Below are positions 11,183-20,000 of a stretch of DNA of 20,000 nt, piece by piece; within the stretch, counting starts at the first letter, position 1; every line of letters starts with the position of its first letter. The notes beneath the pieces were generated by a model, which saw only the letters and a program-made list of their open reading frames with translations, was not told the origin of the DNA and ran no database searches. The DNA comes from Chiloscyllium plagiosum. Taxonomy: Eukaryota. The DNA lies in NCBI RefSeq assembly GCF_004010195.1, contig NC_057749.1:16622534-16642533 (forward strand). Direction: 5' to 3'. The translations under genes and the position numbers were made by a program.

Positions 11183-11599
11183 CCTAAAGGACAAAAGTGA
11201 AGCAGAAGGATTTTTCTTATAGTCATCAGTGGATCTTTAATTCTAGATTTTTAAAAAAATTCAGTTAAATTCTACCATCTGCTGCAGTGAGATTCAAACC
11301 TGGGTCCCCAGAACTTTAGCAGAGTTTATGTCTGAATAGTCTAGCCATAATACCACTAGGCCATTACCCGTGACATCCCCACTAGAATGCCAGCCTGTAT
11401 TATATGCCTAAATCCTGGAGGTAAGCTTTAAACTCACAAGAGATTTTAATTCATATTAGTACTATCAACTGGTCCCAAGCTCACGTGGAAACAAATTCAA
11501 TATTTGCTACTTTGAACTGTGTCAACCAACAGATTTGTTATTTTTTTTTAAAAAAGGCAAAGGTAACATGGTCAAAAATGTCCAACAGCTTCTGAGAAA

Positions 11600-11950
11600 C
11601 TGTCCCAAACTTTTATCAAACTTTTAAAATGACAGTTGATGTTAGTGATTCAGGTAGGTGCGGTCTAATTGCAAAATGAAGAATCAGGAATAGAGAAGCT
11701 GTGAGGTACTTTTCTAAAAAAAAAGAAATTGAACCAATATCACAAATAGTAGTCAACAGCAGTAAAGTAAACTCTTAAGTTTATGTTTATCACGGCCACA
11801 AAGAAACATTAATATACACTGACTTTCATCCCTTGGCTTTTGTAGAAAAATTTAGAATTTGAAATGAGAAACTACTTTGATTGAGCTTATCAGTTGACCC
11901 ATATAAGAATTGTTCACATTGCTGGAAAGGACTATGTAATTGCAGACACA
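11600..11950 (+). mobile_element. Ty3/Gypsy LTR retrotransposon RNase H remnant (pseudogenised)
   Basis: Frameshifted FKMTVDVSDSG, GAV, LQNEESGIEK, YFSKK, TLIYTDFHPLAFVEKF, IVHIAGKDYVIAD correspond to Gypsy DAS.G.GAVL / YFSK / TDH.PL / G..NV.AD motifs. Confidence 0.8.
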
Positions 11951-12680
11951 CCAAGAACATGATGATGCTGGAATAGGTTGAAATTTTGTGAAGAAACAAG
12001 GAGTTCTACGAATCCTGCCTATAGAGTGAGTTGGGGTGACTGAATGCAATTGTGTTTTATTTACTGTATACACATTATGTTTACCTTATTAAACACATTT
12101 TAAAATGGTATTTCATCTCTTTAGCTTTGCAGACTTGCAAGGACAACATATATTTTATTTGCAATATAAATGGAGGTTTGGACTGCAGTGCTGTGGGGGA
12201 AAGAACCAGTTGCTTCTTTTATAACTCGAAACAAAAGTGGAACTGTGTGGTGTTCACTCATTGATTACATAAGAACATGTAACTTTTACTGACATTAGAT
12301 TTGATATTTCCATGAGACAAATTAGCCTTAGGTGCCTTTGGGTTTGGAATGGAAAAGTAACTGCAATGATAGCGTTTAAATTGTCTTTAAGTAACAGTTT
12401 GATACAGAACTGAGGAGACAGCATGTTTGGGCTTCAAATGTCTGCAAACAAGGCAGATTCCCCCCTCATGCACAGAATGGAAAATAAGTAACACTCAAGG
12501 ACTAAGGTCTAACTGACCAGCTACTGAATTGAGAATCATTGCAGTCGATAACAATGTGATAGAATTGTCAAAAAAACCAAACACAATGTTGAGAAAGTCA
12601 CTTAATTTACCTTGTGTTTTGGACACTTGATTCACAGACTTTTTTTCCCCTATATTTTCGACTTCACAATATTCCTGTAA

Positions 12681-12886
12681 AATTAGAATAGAATATAATA
12701 GAATCCCTACAGTGTGGAAACAGGCCATTTGGCCCAACAAATCCACACCGACCCTCCGAAGAGTAACCCATCCAGATCCATTCCCCCATCCTATTACTCT
12801 ACATTTACCCCTGACTAATGCACCTTACCTATACAGCCCTGAACACTATGGGCAATTTAGCACGGCCAATTCATCTAATCAGCATC
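12681..12886 (-). mobile_element. 5'-truncated HE1/V-SINE-like copy
   Basis: Near identical to 1595-1740 (cagtgtggaaacaggcc...caccgaccctccgaagagtaac...aacactatgggcaatttagca), with a (gaata)n tail. Confidence 0.88.
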
Positions 12887-13229
12887 GGTCTTGTCTATGC
12901 TATTTGTGAATGAATGTATCGATCTAAAGGATGTCCAGTTTAACTTTGCATGTTTGTAATTAATAATCTATTTTTGGTACATCAGATAATAGGCTTTTGT
13001 AACAAATTAGTTTTTTATTTTCAGTTCATTGATGAACCCTGGTGAGAGTTTCTTTCATCTTCAATAGTGGTCACAGTCAGGTATCAGCCACTGTAGAGAT
13101 TAATCAATTTCACATAGAGTTGTGGATTTCTAACTCAAACGCTGGAGTGTTTGATTTCTAATGCACTCTTCACATCAGGATCGTGGCAACAGTCACTGGT
13201 CAGAACCACAATCTATCTTTATATGTTAC

Positions 13230-13830
13230 CTTTAATATAGTAAAGCATCCCGAGGTTCTTCACAAAACCAAACCACATTAGGAAATACTAGAAGCATGTC
13301 ACAGCAGGTGATCCAAAGCGTGGTAAAATGGACTGGTTTGAAGGAACACATTAAAGGAGGAGAGAAGCAAAGGAATTTTGGAGCTTGAGGCCTCAGCAAC
13401 TGAAGGACTACTCTCCCAATGGCAGAAGAGTTAAAATAGAGGTCAGAATTCAAGATGTGCAGCTAATAGTATTGTAGAATCATTATAAAATGGTAGAATG
13501 TGGCCATGGAGGAAGTTGAAAATAAGGACAGAGGTAGAAACAGATTGTATTAGTAATAATGTTGATGTTAGTAAATTATCAAACTTATCTAGAAAAAGTG
13601 TAAATAGTTTGGTTCAGCCTCAGTTTCTAAGCAGGTGTCAATGGTTAGAAAATGGAGATCTTGGCAGGACTTACAAACAATGGACTCCTTATTCCCAATA
13701 TTTAATTAGAACAACGCAAGATGCCAGGTAATCAGTCCAATAACTTAGAGACATTAAGGGGTTGAGCGATGTTGTTGTAAGGTAGAGCTGAGGGGTGTCA
13801 ACATACAAGTGAAATCTGATGTTTTTTATG
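13230..13830 (-). mobile_element. Degenerate L2-clade LINE fragment (RT to 3' end)
   Basis: Minus IRFHLYVDTPQLYLTTTSLNP resembles L2 FH.YADDTQLY; 13230-13420 resembles an L2 3' end. Confidence 0.7.
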
Positions 13831-14330
13831 NNNNNNNNNNNNNNNNNNNNNNNNNNNNNNNNNNNNNNNNNNNNNNNNNNNNNNNNNNNNNNNNNNNNNN
13901 NNNNNNNNNNNNNNNNNNNNNNNNNNNNNNNNNNNNNNNNNNNNNNNNNNNNNNNNNNNNNNNNNNNNNNNNNNNNNNNNNNNNNNNNNNNNNNNNNNNN
14001 NNNNNNNNNNNNNNNNNNNNNNNNNNNNNNNNNNNNNNNNNNNNNNNNNNNNNNNNNNNNNNNNNNNNNNNNNNNNNNNNNNNNNNNNNNNNNNNNNNNN
14101 NNNNNNNNNNNNNNNNNNNNNNNNNNNNNNNNNNNNNNNNNNNNNNNNNNNNNNNNNNNNNNNNNNNNNNNNNNNNNNNNNNNNNNNNNNNNNNNNNNNN
14201 NNNNNNNNNNNNNNNNNNNNNNNNNNNNNNNNNNNNNNNNNNNNNNNNNNNNNNNNNNNNNNNNNNNNNNNNNNNNNNNNNNNNNNNNNNNNNNNNNNNN
14301 NNNNNNNNNNNNNNNNNNNNNNNNNNNNNN
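13831..14330. other. Assembly gap (500 N)
   Basis: Run of N. Confidence 1.
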
Positions 14331-15027
14331 CCACAAAGCATTCACAAAAACTAAAAGATGCTTGAAAGCTCAATATTGTAACCAACTATTTGGTTAGGTT
14401 TGCACAAAGCAACTAGTAGTAAATTTGCAAACCTTGGGGTTATTACAGAAGACATTGCTTGTTTAAGCCTTTCTGCAAGCTGAGGGAGTTTTGAGACTTA
14501 ATGGAGGGCAGTCTATTGGGCATATTGTGACACCATTTTTCTCTTTAAGTGGCAGGTTGCTGAAGTGCTGAAGAAATGTTGGCAAGCACTTTTCAGGGCG
14601 TAAGTGAGGAGGAGTGCCCCGAAATTCTGGGAACAAGGGGATGTCCAGTGAAGTGGCTGAGTTTTACATTGTTTCTGAGATTGACTCTGTGTCTTCTCAG
14701 TGGAGAAGCAGAATAGTGACATGATTAGGAACCTGGAAAGAACCCAGTATGTTTACAGCAAGTGACCACACAAAGCAATTACTAGCAGGTATAATCAGAA
14801 AAATGAGGGTTACCAACTTTGTGCAAAAGTCACGAAGAAATTGAATGATACTGTACAAGATAGGATGATATTTGGGATAATAGCTTGGGGTTTGGTGGTG
14901 GTGGTGGTAGTGGCAGGGGGATGGGAAAACCAGAGTGAAATGTATCTAAACTTCAAAGTTTGTGAGAAGATTTGTAGCTCGGGTGCTCGTTGCTGTGGTT
15001 CTGTTCGCCGAGCTGGAAATTTCTGTT

Positions 15028-15067
15028 GCAAACGTTTCGTCCCCTGTCTAGGTGACATCCTCAGTGC
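15028..15067 (-). ncRNA. Hammerhead ribozyme motif with extended stem II
   Basis: Minus strand gca-CTGAGGA-t-gtcacct agac aggggac-GAAA-cgtt-tgc; stem I is gca/tgc. Confidence 0.75.
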
Positions 15068-15260
15068 TTGGGAGCCTCCTGTGAAGCGCTTCTGTGGTGT
15101 TTCCTCCGGCATTTATAGTGGCCTGTCCCTGCCGCTTCCGGTTGTCAGTTTCAGCTGTCCGCTGTAGTGGCCGGTATATTGGGTCCAGGTCGATGTGTTT
15201 GTTGATGGAGTTTGTGGATGAGTGCCATGCTTCTAGGAATTCCCTGGCTGTTCTTTGTTT

Positions 15261-15534
15261 NNNNNNNNNNNNNNNNNNNNNNNNNNNNNNNNNNNNNNNN
15301 NNNNNNNNNNNNNNNNNNNNNNNNNNNNNNNNNNNNNNNNNNNNNNNNNNNNNNNNNNNNNNNNNNNNNNNNNNNNNNNNNNNNNNNNNNNNNNNNNNNN
15401 NNNNNNNNNNNNNNNNNNNNNNNNNNNNNNNNNNNNNNNNNNNNNNNNNNNNNNNNNNNNNNNNNNNNNNNNNNNNNNNNNNNNNNNNNNNNNNNNNNNN
15501 NNNNNNNNNNNNNNNNNNNNNNNNNNNNNNNNNN
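15261..15534. other. Assembly gap
   Basis: Run of N. Confidence 1.
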
Positions 15535-16621
15535 TGTTGTGGCCCTTTTGAATAGTGTCTTGATGCAACTTTGTTTGTGTGTGTTGGGGTGGTTGCTTTC
15601 ATAGTTCAGGACTTGGTCTGTGTGTGTAGCTTTCCTGTATACCTTTGTGGTGAATTCTCAGTTCGGTGTTCTCTGTATCATCACGTCTAGGAACGGGAGT
15701 TGGTTATCCTTTTCTTCTTCTCTCGTGAATTGGATTCCTGTTAGTATCTAAACTTGTTGATATGAAATTGGTGGGATATTGAAAAAAAGCTATAAATAGG
15801 TTGAGTTTAATACAGGAAGATGAGAGGTTCTACACTTTGGTAGGAAGATACAAAAAGCATATTATTTAAATGCACAGACTCCAGAAAGCACAGGACAGAG
15901 GGGTCTGGGTGTTCTTGCATATGAGACACAAAATTAGCATACAGGCACAGCAAGTAATTAAGAAAGCAATTGGAATTCTGGTCTTCATTGGTAGGGTTTG
16001 GAGTTTAAAAATAGGAGAGTCTTATTATAACTGTACAAAGTGTTAGTGAGGCCATACCTGGAGTATTGTGTACATTTCTGGTCCTAGTAGTTAAGGAAGG
16101 ACGTACTAGCAATGGACGCAGTTCAATAGGGATTCACTCAGGTGATTTCCTGGGATGAAAGGGCTGACTTATCAAGAACAGCTGAACAGGTTTGCCCTTT
16201 ATTCAGAGGTGTATTTATGAGAGCAGACCTTACTGAAACATATAAAATTCTGAGGCAGCCTGATAGGGTTGATGTTGTGAAGATGTTTCCACTAGTGGGG
16301 AGATCTTGAACTAAGGGACATAATTACAGTATAAAGAGATACTAATTTAAAACAGATGGAGGATTTCTTCTCCCAGAGGACATCGCATGCCAGTGATTCT
16401 CTGCCCAAGAGTTGTGCAGGCTAGATCACAAAGTATTGAAAGCGGAGGGAGATTTCTGAAACACCAGGAGTAGAGAGCTAAAAGGAGCTGGCACGAGAGA
16501 AGAGGCCTGGGGCAGATCAACTGTGATCATGTTAATGGAAAGGCAGGCTCAAGGGGCTGAATGGCCTACTGCTGGTATTTGTTACATTCTTGTATGACAT
16601 GTCTGTAAACAACTTTTACAG

Positions 16622-16992
16622 TAGAATGCCAAAATTAGCACTACCAAATGCTTTGAAGACTTTTACTGTAACAGTCAAGAAGATGAAGATGGATGTGTTG
16701 TATGAAGAATTTGTCATTGGAGAAAGAGTTATACCCTCAGCCAAGATGAAGGATTGGCAGATCAGTGAGGAGAAGTACCTGAAACTTTGTTCCAAACCCA
16801 AGGAAATAAAACACAAATATGAAGATCATTCTCATACAGGAGGTTTCTCCACGATGACCACTGCTTGGAGGAACGAGGGGTACAGACTGGAGGTGGTCAG
16901 TAGAACTCAACATATGCAATTTTTCAGAAGAACGCAAACACACATACCCCAGTTCTTGGAGGATAAATGTTTCCAAATATCACTGGGAATGG
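16622..16992 (+). CDS. Candidate internal host-gene exon, product unknown
   Basis: Stop-free ~123 codons with protein-like composition and no TE motif recognised. Acceptor cttttacAG at 16620-16621, donor G|GTGAGT at 16993 (alternative donor at 17072). Confidence 0.55.
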
Positions 16993-17088
16993 GTGAGTGT
17001 CAATTCGTATCAAACAATAGTCTCCCTGGGCTACTCCTTCTGCCGTCCCCCCTCCCCCCCCAAATGACTTGGTGAGTACATTGGCTTT

Positions 17089-17895
17089 AAACTTACAGAA
17101 ACAGATCCTTTGGTCCAATCATTCATACCAACCAGATATCCCAAATTAGTCCCATTTGCCAGCATTTGACCCATAATCCATCCAAACCCTTCCTATTCAT
17201 ATACCCATCCAGATGCCTTTTAAATATTGTAATTGCACCAGCCTCCACTATTTCCTCTGGCAACTCATTCCATACACACATCACCCTCTGCATGAAATAG
17301 TTGCCCCTTCAGTCCCATTTATTTCTTTCCCCTCCACCGTAAACCAATACCCTCTAGTTTTGGACTCTCCAATGCTCGGAAAAGGACCTTGGCTACTTAC
17401 CCTAACTATACCCCTCATGATTTTATAAACCACAAAAGGTCATCGTTCAACCTGCAACAGTCCAAGGAAAACGCCCCAGCCTATTCAGCCTCTCCCTCGA
17501 ACTCAAACTTTCCAGCCCTGGCAGCATCCTTGTAAGTATTGTCTGTACCCTTTCAAGTTAAGCAACATCTTTCCTATAGCAGGGAGACTAGAACTAAACG
17601 CAATATTCCAAAAGTGGTCTAACCAATGTCCTGTACAGCTGCAACATGACATCTCAACTCCTGTACTCAATGCTTTGACCAATAAAGGCAACCATACCAA
17701 ACACTTTTTTCACGACCCTGTCTACCTGCAACTTGACTTTCAATGCACCATGAACCTGCACCCTAGGTCTCCTTGTTCAGCAACACTCCCCGGGCCCTAC
17801 TATTAAGTGTACAAGTCCTGCCCTGATTTGCCTTGCCAAAATGCAGCATCTCACATTTATCCTTCTGCCACTCCTCAACTCATTTGCCCATCTAA
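17089..17895 (-). mobile_element. CR1 3' fragment, related to the 1-4310 family
   Basis: Reverse complement matches the 3' part of that element, e.g. aaacccttcctattcatatacccatccagatgcc, and encodes LQLYRTLVRPLLEYCVxF-like sequence. Confidence 0.9.
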
Positions 17896-18324
17896 TGGGA
17901 TTTTGTATGCCATTAGCACATGATATGAGCCTTTAAAATATCTGAGGAATTGTTATATTTGGTTATATCTTATTCACAATTCCCAAACAAATTTCAATGG
18001 ACAGCATAATGCCATTGCATACCCATCTATTGTTGTCCAAATAAATAATAAGTGGAGACTCTGTGCTTGTTCAGGTGAAAGCAAGAGATCCAATGACACA
18101 TTTCTAAATCAAGAGTAATATCCATCTCCACATTAAACATCAGTTCCTCAACCCAGATTAATTAGTGATCCAGCCCCATGAACAGGTGTGCATAACTAAC
18201 CAGCATGTTTACTTAGAGTGCTTGCACTTCAGAATTAACTCACTAGACAGGAAGTCCTTTAACTTTTATTACGGACTTGAAAGATGTTGTATTTGTCCCA
18301 GAGATCCCTGGGACATGCACTAAA

Positions 18325-18559
18325 CAACCCCACCGCCCTACCTTCATCTACCTATTGCATTCCCAGCTACCTTCCCCCAGTGCCACTCCCCTCCCATTTA
18401 TCTCTCAGCCCCCCTTGGGGACCCTCTCGTTCCTGATGAAAAGCTTATGCTCGAAACGTTGACTCTCCTGCTCCTTGGATGCTGCCTGACTGGCTGTGCT
18501 TTTCTAGCACCACGCTCTTTGACTCTGATCTCCAGCATCTGCAATCCTCACTTTCTCCA
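18325..18559 (+). mobile_element. PLE terminus (solo pLTR) with hammerhead motif at ~18430-18463
   Basis: Pyrimidine tract followed by ttc-CTGATGA-a-aagc ttat gctc-GAAA-cgtt-gac, then ctcctgctccttggatgctgcc...ctccagcatctgca, homologous to the other Neptune-type termini. Confidence 0.82.
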
Positions 18560-18819
18560 TTGAAGGAATGCTGGCTTGGGCAGAATTGCAACTGGTTGCC
18601 AAGAAACAAATTCAATAAAATTATTAAAGCTCTGAAAACAGAATACATTATTCAGCAACAGTGACACACAGAGGTGGGAGCAAACCATTACACACCTCCA
18701 CCCGAATGTTGTGTGTGAAAACCTCGTATTGGTCTTTCCAAGTTTATCTCATCACTTGAGTGCGTGGGAAGGATACTCGTTGCATTACTTTATTAAATGT
18801 GCCTGATATTTCATGGGGA

Positions 18820-19230
18820 CATGAGTAAACCATTCAGCTTAGAGAACCTGTTCACCATTCAATAGCATCGCGGCTGATCACTTCAACACCTTTCTGCCCC
18901 TACCCCACTAACCCCATATCCTTTTAAGTCATTGACAGGTCTCTAAATACCAATCTGATAATATTTAATGACTCAGTTTCCACAGTCCTTTGGGCACAGA
19001 ATTCTAAAGCTTCTGAGTAAAAGAATTTCTCCGCACCCTGGTCCAAAGCAGCTTCCTGTTTTTTCACTCCTAACTGAGACCACATCTCACCTGCATTTAC
19101 CCTGAGTACCCTTTGCAGGTTTCAATGAGACTACTTCTCATTTTTTTGGAACTTTAGAGAATACAGGCTCAGTTTTCCTAATTTCTCATCACATGACAGT
19201 CTAACCATCCCAGGGACATGTCTGGTGAAT
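18820..19230 (-). mobile_element. Old CR1 3' fragment
   Basis: Minus FTRHVPGMVRLSCDEKLGKLSLYSL resembles CR1 FTRMLPG..LSYEERL.RLGLFSL; tail-like sequence near 18825-18880. Confidence 0.7.
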
Positions 19231-19282
19231 GTTAACAGAAATTGCTGGAGGAACTCAGATCTGGACACATTTGCGGTGAAAA

Positions 19283-20000
19283 CAGATTCTGAATCAGTGG
19301 TGCTGGAAGAGCACAGCAATTCAGGCAGCATCCGAGGACAGGCAAAATCGACGTTTCGGGCAAAAGCCCTTCATCAGTAATAAAGGCAGAGAGCCTGAAG
19401 CGTGGAGAGATAAGCTAGAGGAGGGTGGGGGTGGGGAGAGAGTAGCATAGAGTACAATAGGTCAGTGGGGAAGGAGATGAAGGTGATAGGTCAGGGAGGA
19501 GAGGGTGGAGTGGATAGGTGGAAAAGGAGCTGGGCAGGTCGGACAAGTCCGGACAGGTCAGGGGATCGAGTTTCTGGAGGTTAGAAACTAGGATGAGGTG
19601 GGGGAAGGGGAAATGAGGAAACTGTTAAAATCCACATTGATGCCCTGGGGTTGAAGTGTTCCGAGGCAGAAGATGAGGCGTTCTTCCTCCAGGCATCTGG
19701 TGGTGAGGGAGCGGCGGTGAAGGAGGCCCAGGACCTCCATGTCCCCGGCAGAGTGGGAGGGGGAGTTGAAATGTTGAGCCACGGGGCGATTTGGTTGATT
19801 GGTGCGGGTGTCTCAGAGATGTTCCCTAAAGCGCTCTGCTAGGAGGCGCCCAGTCTCCCCAATGTAGAGGAGACCGCATCGGGAGCAACAGATACAATAG
19901 ATGATATTAGTGGATGTGCAGGTAAAACTTTGATGGATGTGGAAAGCTCCTTTAGGGCCTTGGATAGAGGTGAGGGAGGAGGTGTGGGCGCAGGATTTAC
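19283..20000 (-). mobile_element. Penelope-like element (Neptune-type), same family as 2507-3659, running off the window; hammerhead motif at 19346-19381
   Basis: Minus KSCAHT...FTCTSTNIIYCICCSRCGLLYIGETGRLLAERFREHL*...VAQHFNS...LGTLQPQGINVDF. Terminus atta-CTGATGA-a-gggc tttt gccc-GAAA-cgtc-gatt. Confidence 0.93.

Larger units (their letters stand above)
10406..11370 (-). mobile_element. tRNA-headed SINE/LINE composite element (long form of the 8076-8400 family) containing two nested PLE-derived inserts
   Basis: A box tggcctagtgg (11353-11363), B box ggtttgaatct (11290-11300), shared SINE body, a LINE-like ORF end GIVGQPTAGGLQRFRKAAHHRHFKGN* (~10778-10698) and an A-rich tail at 10406-10422. 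Confidence 0.8.
10091..11485 (-). mobile_element. Old Deu-domain-type SINE (SacSINE1/AmnSINE-like), split by the 10406-11370 insertion
   Basis: Left part cagcacttccaacaatacagtactcccacagtgctgca continues after the insert as actagaatgccagcctgtatt...aaactcacaa...aagctcac. This matches my recollection of the Deu-SINE core; the family name is from memory, not a search. Confidence 0.55.
14954..15743 (-). mobile_element. Penelope-like element (Poseidon/Penelope-type), 5'-truncated, spanning a gap
   Basis: Minus strand RT thumb IQFTREEEKDNQLPFLDV...KVYRKATHTDQVLNYESNHP..HKQSCIKTLFKRA, and GIY-YIG C-terminus TAREFLEAWHSSTNSINKH. 12-bp TSD gtatctaaactt (14942-14953, 15744-15755). Confidence 0.92.
14925..16596 (+). 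mobile_element. Old CR1 3' half, interrupted by a PLE at 14954-15743
   Basis: Degenerate SK..D..IGG at 15747-15777, LYKVLVRPYLEYCVHFW at ~16028-16082, and a CR1 tail ggctgaatggcctact at ~16555-16596. Confidence 0.8.

Noticed and set aside
13689..14397. Long ORFs of 171-218 aa in the ORF track
   Set aside because: Artefacts of the N gap; likewise the ORFs spanning 15261-15534.
14889..14912. (GGT)n short repeat
   Set aside because: Short, imperfect microsatellite with no evident significance.

Overview
Eukaryotic, repeat-dense window that is probably intronic. The repeat families point to a cartilaginous fish (shark); this is inferred from HE1/V-SINE-like and Deu-SINE-like elements. It holds a degenerate near-complete CR1 LINE ORF2 (1-4310) interrupted by a V-SINE and by a Penelope-like element (PLE), further CR1 and L2 fragments, several tRNA-derived SINEs, a probable solo LTR, a Gypsy RNase H remnant and two assembly gaps. 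The main signal is a set of at least seven minimal hammerhead-ribozyme motifs (CTGANGA-stem-GAAA-palindrome) in the termini of several distinct PLE families. Two of these sit in tiny non-coding insertions with 11-13 bp target-site duplications, one of which is an almost perfect 82-bp-arm hairpin centred on the ribozyme. One non-repeat ORF with splice signals (16622-16992) is a candidate host exon of unknown identity.
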